From Bugula neritina (lineage: Eukaryota; Animalia; Bryozoa): a DNA stretch of 64,000 bases. The translations under genes and the position numbers were made by a program. Position 1 is the stretch's first letter, and every line of letters begins with the position of its first letter. Location of the stretch: assembly GCA_964035545.1 (NCBI GenBank), contig OZ037767.1:2243680-2307679 (forward strand), given 5' to 3'. This document shows positions 49,726 to 61,600 of this stretch, in pieces. The notes under the pieces were generated by a model. The model searched no databases. It was not told the origin of the DNA and saw only the letters and a program-made list of their open reading frames with translations.

Positions 49726-52700
49726 ATGGCTAAGACTTATGACTATTTATTTAAGTTGTTACTTATAGGAGATTCTGGTGTAGGTAAAACTTGTGTTTTA
49801 TTTAGATTTTCAGAAGATGCGTTCAATTCAACGTTTATTTCTACAATTGGTAAGTCAAATTCAGATTGAGATTCTCTTTCAAATTGAGAATCGGATTCAC
49901 TTTCAGAGAGAGTATGACTCATTAAAGATCAGATTGAACGTTAAATTTTTAATTAATCTTTGAAAATTAGAATTAGCTGCTAATATAATGACTACTTATA
50001 TAGTGAAAAGTCAAGTACTTTTGTTAGTGTTTCATACTGATAGTGATGCTGACAGTGACTGTCTGATACTTATACTTATAGTTCTAGTTATACTAGCTCT
50101 CCCCCCCCTCTCCTCCCGTCTTCTGTTAAAATTAGTTAATAATGATAATCGTAATCATAATGATTGTCACTTTAGGTTTATGATAATCATAAATTAATTA
50201 TAATGATAATAATTATCTTTTTACTTCTTTTAGTTACATTTAGTGTTTGACTAAAAGTGATTTACTCATGCTATAATATTAATTCTAATGTAATATAATA
50301 ATAATTTTAATTTATTATAATTCATTTTATTCTTAGTCTTTTAGCAATGATTGTTTATGACTTTATTTATTTCTGGATTTAGTGTGATTTTGTTCAAGTA
50401 TCTAGAGTTCAGTGTTTACAGTGACTAACATTGCCACTAAATGTAAGTTCAACTGCATATAAAGTGTGGTTGAGGTACTAATTAGTATTACTAGTAATTC
50501 AAACTGCTGAGAAAACTACTACTAACCGACAAGCTAAATCAAATGCTACTAAAAACAATCTGTAGACTATATAAATTTATTAAATAATTTAATTTAATTT
50601 TACCTCTCAATATTCAGTTTTAATCAAAGTTGGCAGCTTGACAGTGATGCAATATTAATTAAAATTGATAATGTGAATAAAAGTCAGCTAATGGTTCTAC
50701 AGAGATTTATAACAGGCTACTACATTTCATCCAATAATATCTAACAAACTATGAAATTTTTGTAAAAATACTCATGTTTTAGGCTATTTTGTAAGAAATT
50801 CGTTTCATTTCGCAGCTTATTATTAGTAGTACTAGTAAACCTGTTCTACAGTCATCATCATCATGTTCCATAGTAGGTTAACAGTAGACTAATTGTCATT
50901 GGATAGCCTGCACTCTTGAGATTAATCATTTTAATTATTGTTTTTTATTAGTGCTTAAAAATGTTAAACCCAACTTATAGAAAATAAACTTATAAAAAGC
51001 TGAGTTTGCTCAAAGAGTTGTAAGTCTTCATTATTTGATGCTAAAATTTTGGTTATTTCTAATCTGTTTGATATTTACATTTACTTATAAAATTATTCTG
51101 ATATGCAATAAGTAGTTAAATTATCATTATTTATTTTTACTTTAGTGCCTGCCATTTATACTTTTATGAAAAGGAGCTGATTGTACCTTATGCTAATGAA
51201 TTTTCATTGCAGCAAAACTAACAAATCTAGCTCATACAGTTTTTAGATAATTGCTAGACTTCAACACTACATGACAGTGTTGGCTTTTAACGCTTTGTTA
51301 TGTTGAAATTTTATGAAAATTCTTCCTTATCAAAAATGGGAGCAATTTATTAAACTAAAGACAATAACTCAGTAGGCGGAGTTATATAAATATAGTTTGT
51401 TTTCCTTATTAATATGCATTTTGTTTTATTAGATCTGTACTAACCGTACATCTATGCAATACCTTTGTACTCTTGTTGGTCAATTCACAGCCCTCTATTG
51501 TCATTTTTAGTCCTGACAGGTCAATCAACTACTCCCTCCCCTTAACAATAGAGCCAGAGTTACTCTTATCTACTGCTGACTCATGATTTTTCTTATCTTA
51601 TTGTAGGAATTGACTTTAAAATAAGGACAATTGATCTAGATGGTAAAAAGATAAAGCTACAGATATGGTGAGGAATAAATCTATTGTTGATGTTTGCATA
51701 ATATGATGCAATAGTCTCACAATGTAAACACAGACTCACTACCCATGCTGACTTTTATTGTAGATGATACATTTTTAGTTTTAATATAAACTCCCTGTGA
51801 GACTCCTTTGACTAGTTAGTTAGACTAGGGGCTAACTTAGGCTTACTCCCTATAAATATTAAGGATAGTTACTCTCCAAGATCAATCATGTCAACAGCAT
51901 TTTGATTTTAAATAATGTTTTTGTTTGATGTGCATCTTTATGGAATGCTAAAAATATGTTTTTCATCGCCTGGTTGTTGAGTAAACTGTACATGAGGTGT
52001 TTTTAATTTGTAACTTACTTAAGCTGTGTGCAATGTAAGTCACTATAATCTGGTATCATTGCTAATGTAAGTATTATATACACTTACAGACTGTAGTTAA
52101 TGTTCAACACAATAGCTGTTGTTTAGTATACTATTGCCCTGTACTTACTATAACATAATATACTTACTCAACCCTTTTACTATTCTTACTTTTGTCGGGC
52201 AATTATTTCACACAAGTTGGTATACTTACTATACTCGGCCTGTGTACCATAATTAGACTCGGCCTGTGTACCACAAAACAACTGAATTCCTGATTTCTAG
52301 CAACAGGATTGTACAAAAGTATTTTATGCATGAAATAAACTTTGTTTCATCTGCGAATTCCCAACAGACTTTATTATAAATCATGCTGTTATAATTCTCA
52401 ATAGCAGTGATAAGCACTGAAACGCCTTATTTTTGCCATTTGAAATAATTTAATTTAGAGTTGTGTTCACATTGTGTGACTCCTGTATCCCTCATTACAC
52501 TGCATGTCGTTTTTTTAATGACTCCAACAGCTTCTTTCATTCATTCTTCAATGTCATATGTTAATCTGATATCTCTAGTACACGGTTCATTATTAGCTGT
52601 ATATTCCTGTCATGTAGGGACACAGCAGGGCAGGAGAGGTTTCGTACCATAACTACCGCCTACTACAGAGGAGCCATGGGCATCATGCTAGTGTATGATA

Positions 52701-54804
52701 TTACCAATGAGAAGTCCTTTGACAACATCAAGAACTGGATCAGGAACATAGAAGAGGTTTGAATATAGAATGTACCTTTCATCTTTCTTGTTAGTTTGGC
52801 TGTTAGGCTTGCATCGTGCTATCTTGTAGGCTATTTTCGCTAATAAACTCTGGTGATGAGAACTTGTAAGAGATATCTATTAAGAACTGTGTGGTAAAAT
52901 TATCTCCACTTGGCTATTCTAATCCATCTGTTCATAGCCTTATCTCTCTTAGACACACCCCTACCTGCCATTCATGGAATATTTTATTATAAAATTCTAA
53001 ACATAAAGTTTACAGAAACAGAAATTTCTATCTGTTAGCTTGATAAGGCAATGCCCATACATTCAAGTTATTATATTCACTCTTAATATATATAACCTGT
53101 AATCAATAAACCATCGTAATGCAAGGAGGTGTGAAAGAAGGCATGTTGTTTAAACATCGCTAATAATCACTTTAATATATGCACTATACTATATGTAAAT
53201 GGTTTTTGATAATGCATGCATCTCAATCATTGCTGCGTGCTTGTAAATACAATCCCCCTATTTCTCTTCTAGTTACCCAAGGATTCTTTATTTAGTAGAA
53301 ATAGTGAGAAATTCACTCTTTTACTGGTTTTTAAATTTTAAATGAACGTATCGCAGAAAGCTGATCATTTAATTTCAATTCATGTTGAGTGATAGTTGAA
53401 TTTGCAGCTGACATATCAGTAAGCCTTTTAGGGAGCAGCTGTGTTCTAAGGGTTAGAGCGTTGGAATAGTAAACACAAAGTCATGGGTTCGAACCCTAGT
53501 AAAAGCCATTGGTGATGTTAGGAAGAGCATTCAGTCATAATTGCTCCTGTGCCCTATTTGAATTGTTTGTAAGTCCTTAGCCTGATCTGAGAAATACCCT
53601 TTCCATCTGGGGTTTCTCACAGGGATGGGAACTATGAACTTGCTTGAGTTTTTATATCAGCAAGCCTTTACTAAACTGTAAGAAATATCTACACAATTCA
53701 AATTCACCTTCCAATAGAAAGAGTTTGCACTTCCTTTTAGCATGCCTCTTCTGATGTGGAGAAGATGGTGCTGGGGAACAAGTGTGACATGAACGACAGG
53801 CGTCAAGTGACAAAGGAGAAGGGAGAGCAGCTCGCTGTCGAGTTTGGCATCAAGTTTATGGAAACCTCAGCTAAGGCCAGTATCAACGTAGATGAGGCTT
53901 TCATAAGTCTAGCTCGGGATATAAAAGTCAAGATGGACAGGAAACTGGTAAAGGCTATGTTTATTTTCATCACAATAGACCTATAGCTTTTCCTACAATA
54001 TATTTTTCATAGTTTATTGGAAATTAGTTTTGCGTTTCAGGGAAAAGCAACTAAAGTTAAAGCTGAAATTGTTTGTTATTGTTTTATGTAAATCAGAAAG
54101 TTATTGGGGCAGCAAAACTGCTTTCACCACACCTTTTGTAGACAAATATCCACTTGTTTTGTTAACATTAAAACGCGCATTTGGAAAATTAGTAGCTTTT
54201 AGTTTGCTAAGAAATGCTTACCATAACTGTTGATTGCCATTAATTCATAATTACTAATAATTATTATTAACTGATAATTACTATTAACTAAATCACACTA
54301 GTTGCACAAAACAACTCTTCTTTAATTATTGGATATTATGATAGATATTTATTTCTGAAAAAAAACCAGGAAAATGGAATTAATATCTTTTCACAAGAGT
54401 TATCTTCTCAGTTTGAGATTTTTCTGCGCCTAACTTAAAGCTTATTATGTTCAAAAGCAATTTTTTCTAACATGACTGTAGAAATTAATAGATTCCAGCA
54501 CATCTAGCATCACATATGTAGTTCACTCATGTAGATCGGATTTGTGTTATGATGTTACGCATCTTTGAACTCTCGACCTCACTTATAATAGTTGAAACAA
54601 TTCCTATAATTTAAGAAAAAAATAAATTGTGTTGTCTATCACCAAAAGAACTGATCGAACATAACTCGATCTTTCATCTAGTTACATGATAGTTGGTGTT
54701 TCTTGCAGGAACCTGTTGGAAGTGGGAGTCGGTCTGGAGGGCCTATCGTACCAAAGAAGGGTGAAGATAAACCCAAGTCTAGGTGGAAATGCACAATATT
54801 ATAA
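49726..54804 (+). CDS. RAB8: Ras-related protein Rab8 (208 aa, 5 exons)
   Basis: Exons 49726-49849, 51607-51667, 52618-52756, 53741-53947, 54709-54804 give [84 protein letters not shown]-stop, with a CaaX terminus typical of Rab8. Confidence 0.97.
53431..53640 (+). mobile_element. tRNA-derived SINE in Rab8 intron 3
   Basis: A-box-like TGTTCTAAGGG, B box GGTTCGAACCC (53486-53496), then GGTGATGTTAGGAAGAGCATTCAGTCATAATTGCTCC resembling a conserved SINE core. The 3' end is approximate. Confidence 0.65.
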
Positions 54805-56188
54805 GAAATACTTAGAGTATTATAGACATAGTATAGTAATGTAACATCAGCACACACTGACCTTCTGACCCTGTACTTTGGGCGTGATGCCGTATCATCG
54901 GGGATATCGCACACTTTGATCGAGTACCTCACTATTTATTTCAAATTAATCAAAAACTGACTATAATAATAAATAATTAGCAAACTCGGTCACTTATAGT
55001 GCTACAGAGAAGCTACTCCACTTGATATGGTATGGTAACAGTCTACATTTTCTTCTGATTATTTCGAAACCAGTTCTTTCAGAAACTGTTAACCATGTTA
55101 GTTCATATCGAATCATCCATTTACTAGCTCCTGGATTTGTGTTTAAAAGTGTGCAGTTTCATGGTTTTACTTCATTCAACTTTTGAATATACCGTTTTTA
55201 TGTTATTTTATTTTTTGTATTTGTTTGGAAGTATAATGTATAAAGTTTTGTAAAATTTATTGTCCTTGTCTCAAGGTTGTTGCTTCTGGTGGGGCAGTCA
55301 TGGAATGTTTTGGTAGGTTTCTAGTAATAACTCGATGTGCGGTTGGTAACTGATGCTCTACTTGGTGCACCTAATACTTTTGATAAGCAGTCATTCAATA
55401 TATTCAGTTTTTATTAGTACCACTGACACTAGATGTCAGTGTAAGTGACATTCAACATCCTTGGCTGGCAGGTGTGCTTTTAGCATATATTGCCAGGCTG
55501 TCACAAGTAGTAATGTATTTGTCATTGATTGACAGCCAGCTTGTCTCTACTGTTGAAGGTGTCAATCATGTTTTGACATCTTCTGTCAGTGATGGCATGG
55601 CAAGTCAGTGCTTGTGAACTATTGTCAGATTCATTTGGATATATTTTCAGCTTTTGTAATACCAGTTGTTTAAAGCAGGCAGTAAATTCATCTGATTCTA
55701 TTTTATATCCTGCAACTGACTGCTAGGCAGAGCCTGTTTTCATTTTTATAGTTTATTTACTGTATCATGTATTGGAAACAAATAAATTAGATATTTGCTC
55801 AGCTGCTGAGATCTTTAGTGTTTCTGTTCATATTTACTCATAGTTAGAGCTATCTTGGTTTTCTTCTCAATAACTTTGTTATCCATACACTGTGCACTTA
55901 CATTAGTTACTTATAGCATTATAACTGATAAAACAGCTATCTTAGTTACTATTTTAATTCATTTCTTTTTCAATAAATGTTCTATTATAAATGTTTTTAG
56001 GTAAAGTATATTTCAGTCATTACTTATTATAAAATTACTTTACTGTTTCTCTCCTGTATTTGGTGGTTACTTTTACACTCTTCTGGGCTGCTGTTATAAC
56101 TGACTAGAAACGAAGTTTACATTGAGTAGTGTGCTTCGTATTTTTATTTCAACTGTAAGTGAGTGAGAGCTATACTTGAAACTTGCTT

Positions 56189-57747
56189 TTAATTGGTCAC
56201 AGTAAATGAAAATTGGCATTTAGCTGTGTTTCCATGTTTGTCTGTTGCCGTGGTTACAACCGTGTGCTGTCCAGCTTGGTACAGACCAGGCAGCTTGTCT
56301 GAGACCGTACGCACTATGCCTGTGTTGTCTGAGAAGACCGGCTGCTCCCACACTACTAAAGTAGATATGTTGTCAGAAGATATTTTTATTGGAGAGTTGG
56401 GACCTTCACAGGATACAGCCGCTGGGGGATCCATATCTGCAAGAGATAGGAGACAAAAGAGTTGAAGCTCTGCCAATAAACCCTAATTTTACAACTGACA
56501 ATATGCTACAAAAACTAATAATTTGGATTGCTGTGGTATTTTATCTAGTTCTTACATTGAAAATTTACATCAGCCTGAGTCAATTACATGTGGAGTTGGT
56601 TACTCATTGCTGGTCCTATTTATAGTAGCTAACTTAATCCAGCAGACTTCTACAGTTCAGCAGCCCACAATATGCTACAGAACTTAGATAGCCTAAGCTC
56701 ATTAGTTTCAATGTGACCTTGATATTTAGACTGAGTTTTACAAGTTTGATCATGCAGACTAATTCAGTGTTTTGCAATAACTTTTTGTAGGCTATGCTGG
56801 GCTTAAAACTTTGTGCACTAGTGGATTTAGCAGCTCTAGATCTTGTCCAATAAATTTACCACAAATTTTTGGCTTTAAAAACCCTCACTTCAAACAGAAG
56901 GCATGTATATTTTATACAAGAAGTAAACCGACACATATGAACTAGTTGTGAGCTGTAGATTATTGGAAACGCTGACTTGAGATTCAAGAATGAAATGTTT
57001 TATCATTCTCTCAAGATTGTAAAACAGTGTCAGGTGACATAGTTTATTAACCTCAAGAATAACTCTTACCTTTCCCAATACATATGTATTCGCTCTGAAG
57101 ACTTCGTATCTCGCAAACACATGATTGGTCATTAGTGCAACTTCGGCCACTTGAAGCACATTTCGAGTTGTTGACAATCATATCCAAAGGCCATCTTGTG
57201 CTAATTGATTTAGCTACAATGATACATTCTGAGTTATTAGACTTTATGATTATATAATATGTTATCGTTCTAAACCTGGAAGAGCTACACTTTGGCTAGA
57301 CTGGATTTCTAGTCATTTGAAACTGTGTAAGTCATTTCATTAAGGAACTATTTATGACTACATTAGATTGCAGTGCCAGAAAATTTGCTTCTTTGACAAT
57401 AAATGTTTTGTTAAGGGAGGTTTAATTAGTGTCTCAGACTATTATATATAGATGGAAGCAAGACCAGTCATAAGAATATAATGCTATATTTAATTGGCTA
57501 TACTCTGTGTAAGTAAGTCAATATACAATATTTAACTTACTATACTCTGTGTAAGTGTGCAAAGCTCTCAAATATTCTGGAATCATATTTACAGTGAAAC
57601 CCAGTTTTGTTGACCCAAAGAAGCTGACAAAGTTGTCAAATATAACATTCTTTATCAACCCAATGTTCTGGTTGGGGTGCTTTAGTATGACAGCCGCCAC
57701 ATGTCCATAACTCTTTAGTGTAGAAATGGCGCTTTCAGGATTGGAAC
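56189..57747 (-). CDS. 3' exons of a gene ending in a HYR domain (5' part beyond the Gypsy insertion/window)
   Basis: Phase-compatible exons 57747-57541, 57213-57070 (Cys-rich: CASSGRSCTNDQSCVC..YIC) and 56436-56189 (DMDPP..C..VVWEQPVFSDNTG..PGLYQAGQHTVVTTATDKHGNTAKCQFSFTV-stop, the HYR consensus). Confidence 0.78.
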
Positions 57748-57861
57748 CTGAAATAGTAAAACTATATTGAAACCAATAGCATATATTTAGTCTGTTTTTA
57801 GTCACAGGACTAGAATCTGAAATGCATGTGTTACAACTATTTTTTTTTATAGTCAATATTA

Positions 57862-58436
57862 TGTGATATTGTAGTAAACTGTGGGTTCTGAATGCAACTA
57901 GTGCCTACATGCTCTAGAAAGAATAAGCCAAGTATTTGAGTACAAATGAGGATAACCTTTATTGTATCAGATACAGCTCATGTGGTCCTACTACCAGCGA
58001 GCTCCAGTAGTAGTCTGAATCTACACTGGAAACTCGCCTGCTTTTATACACAAGAATTCACATCTAGAATGTTCCAACAGACAAAAGAAAGTTAAGCTTG
58101 ACAGTAACAAAAGAAAAATAGACAAAGGAGAATGAATAATTCAATAGGCCAAGAATTTAGCTATAATAACAACCTATTGAAGGCATTCATAAAAGCTACA
58201 CAAATTTCCAGTATCAGTATTAATGCAAAACGATGAAATAGCAAAAGGGGAAAATAACTCTGGAAATGCGTATTTAATGAAAATTACATTATACTGAAAG
58301 CTTAATCACAATAATAAGGCATTAGAAAGCTAGTGCAACTTAGCTACAATTACAGCATTCAAAATATACGCAACAGTAATTATAATACTGACACACGCAG
58401 TTACTTGAAAACAGTAGAGGATGAGAATCTATCACA
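57862..58436 (-). repeat. 3' LTR of the Gypsy element (575 bp)
   Basis: Starts TGTGATA directly after the purine tract and ends TATCACA (7-bp terminal inverted repeat). Contains TATAAAAG (58048-58041) and AATAAA (57963-57958) on the - strand. Confidence 0.82.
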
Positions 58437-58449
58437 TTCTCCCCCCATC
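58437..58449 (-). other. Polypurine tract
   Basis: GATGGGGGGAGAA abutting the TG of the LTR. Confidence 0.8.
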
Positions 58450-58622
58450 GAAAAGCATCCCCTTTTCGATAACAAAACAATGATTCCACACAAAAAAAAC
58501 GAAACACAAACGTAGAAAAATATGCGGTTAACAGGAAAGTATTATGATTAATCACACGTAACACGAGAACATTTACAGTTCAGTTGGCTATTGCCAGCGG
58601 CCCCTGGTTGTCCGGTTTATCA

Positions 58623-61600
58623 TTAGAGGTGGTGCACCAGGCTTTCTATCTCTTCTGTACTTGGATCGAGGATATGGGACCAGGCCTCGATTGCGCTATC
58701 TAGGACGCACTCTCGGTAAGGAAGTGCCATACTCTGCCCGTGACGGGGCAATTGTGGGTGGGTTGGCTGAGTCTGTTCTTCTATCTGGTTGCCTGGTGCT
58801 CCAGATATCCAATACTGGCGGGCGACCAGGGCCCGAGGCATTGCCAGTATTGGAGGGTCCTCTTCGTCTCTGCCTGCGAGGTGGTCGCCGTATAGAGTGC
58901 CCTGCTCCTCCCCAGCTGTGAGCTGGAGCTCAACCGGTTCGGGGTCAGGGCCACTAACGCTGGCGGAACACACCTCGGAAGAGGGGGTGTCGTACTGCTG
59001 GCTGCGGGGAGCCGAAACAGGAGCTGGTGGGGGAGGGGAGTCGGATCGACTGGCCTCCTCGGTATCCTTACGCTCCTCTGTTTGGGTATCTGGCGAGGTA
59101 ACTCCCATAGCTGATGCTAGTGTCTGAATAACAGTGTTTAAATTATACTTAGGGGTGTCAGGATTACAATTCAACTTGAGCTGTAACTCACGTGCTAGCT
59201 GTGTGAAATCTTCTTCTTGGTGGAATTCTCCGGGGTGATGGAGGGAATTTCCAGCCAAGATGGGGTGGTCGTCCGTACTGGGTGGGTTGTCTTCATGAGG
59301 GGGCCACTCCAGGTGCCCTACAGCATAGTCTGCCAGATACCTAGGGGGTCTTCTTGACCGCTGGCTCCTCTCAATTGGAACAGGCACCGGTGGTGTTGGT
59401 GGCTCCTGTGCTACCCTAGTAGGGGGGTCCCCGCCTTCACCCAACACGGGGGTGGGGGTGTCCTCCCCCAGGGAGGGTGGTGGTCCTAGGGCTTGCCGCT
59501 GTTCCTGTTCCCGCTCTTCTCTCTGCTGTCGCTCCAGCTGCTCTATCAAGGCGGCCTGCTCCTGGTCCGACTCTCTGGGAACCACAATTTCCACCTCTCG
59601 GGGCTGGGTGGCCCGTCCTTTACGGTTGGGCTGTCGGTGGGGCTCCAGGAGGGGTGGAGCCTCACCCACTGCGTCTGGGCTGGCATGGTAAGGCTTCAGG
59701 CGCTGCTCGCTCTGGACCGAGACCTGTCCAGAGCGCTCCACACGGTATGTGTGGTTGGGCAGCACCTCCACTACACAGTAGGGACCGACGAACTTGGGCT
59801 GAAGTTTAGCCGACTGTCCGCGTCGCCTACGGTAGCTCACCATCCAGACCCAGTCTCCCACTTGGTACAACGGGGGCTCTTCCGAGTCCTCTGTGCGGGT
59901 CTGCCACTGCTGGGTACGCAGTGCATCATGAGCTTTGCCCATGATGTCTATCAGACCCTCCACATATTCGTGTACCGGTGACTCGGGGGCAGGAACATGG
60001 TATGTCAGGTGTTCCGGAACCCGCGTCTCTCGGCCTAGCATCAGGAAGTTTGGGGTCTCCTGCGTGGCGGAGTGTGGTGTGCTGCGGTAAGCCCGCATGA
60101 TTTGCGGCAGCACCACGTCCCATTCTTCCTGACCTCGACCAAGGAGCAGGCTCCTGAGGGCGTCACCCAACATCCTGTTGTTCCGCTCGACGACTCCGTT
60201 CCCTTGCGGGTGATATGGGGTGGTCCGACTCTGGTTCACCCCCCATATCCGGCAGAGGTCTCCCATGAGCTGGGACTGGAACTGGGCACCCTGGTCCGTA
60301 TGTATCTGCTCGGGTAAACCGAGGTAACAGAACACATGTTGGTCCAGGGTCCGGGCCACCGTGGGGGCTGTTGCGTCTGGAATAGCCAGAGCATCTGCCC
60401 ACCGGGTAAAGTGGTCCGTGAGCACCAGTATCCAGGTGTTCCCTCTGGCGGATAACGGCATAGGCCCGACGAGGTCTACCGCCACTACTTGCCACGGTCG
60501 ACCAGCGTATAGCCGGCGTCGACCAGTGGTTTCCGTGGGGCGGCCATGCTTGCTAGCTTGGCAGACCTCGCATTGCCGTACCCGCAGTCGTACGTCCCGA
60601 GTCATTCCGGGCCAATACCAACGCAGCCGCAGACACCTGATGACCCGACTGACTCCAGAATGAGCCTGCTTATGGGTGTCCCAGATCAGTTCCCGTCGGA
60701 GGGCGCGTGGACAGACGACGCGGTCCCTCTCTTGCTGACGGTTGTCTGCTGCTAACGTTATCATCAGGAGGCCATCAGGACTGACCTTGAGGGCATCCCA
60801 GCGACGACAGAGGAGTTGGAACTCAACGTCTCCCTGCCGCTGCTGTTCCTCGCTAGGTCGTCGGCCCTCCTTCTTGGCCCGGAAAATGTCCGCTACCGCG
60901 CCGGGTAGCGTCTCCTGGAGTCGGCACAGCTCCTTGACATTCTGGTACAGAGTGGGGTTGGCGTGGAGCGCCTGGACGTCGTCTGAGTGGGTTTCGGTCC
61001 GAAGATGGCCGTGCTCCCACCGATAGACGGCGCCCTCCCCTAACTCCGTTTCCACGTCAAGGCGAGCGGGTCCCCCGTCCCGCTTCTCAATGTGCAGGCA
61101 CTGCTTACAGTCTCCTACCGGCCGGCGGCTCATGCCGTCAGCGTTCCCGTGCTTCCGGCCAGCACGGTGCTCTATCCGGTAAGAGAACTCGGCAAGAATC
61201 TCTAGCCAACGAGCCACCTGGCTCGAGGGCTCTGCACGTTTACACAGCCATATCAGTGATGCATGGTCTGTTCGCAAACGGAACGTTCTCCCATACAGAT
61301 ATGGCCGAAAGTGCTTGACCGCCTTGACTACTGCTAGGAGTTCCTTCCTAGTGGTGCAGTAGTTCTTTTCGGCGGCCGCGAGAGTCTTGCTGTAGTAAGC
61401 CACGACCACCTCACTTCCACCCTGGACTTGAGACAGGACAGCTCCCACGCTGTGGTCGCTGGCGTCGGTGTCCAGGATGTACTCTTGGGCTGGGTCAGGA
61501 TACGCCAGAATTGGCGCCTCCATTAGCCGCTGCTTGAGGTGGTCAAATGCCTGCTGCTCCTCCTGTGTCCACTGCCACCGGACCCCCTTTGCGGTCAGCC

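Noticed and set aside
53431-53500. Functional tRNA gene
   Set aside because: No convincing cloverleaf or acceptor stem; continues into a SINE-like body.
57956-58064. Additional exon of the HYR gene
   Set aside because: Stops in the frames tested, and it falls inside the 3' LTR.
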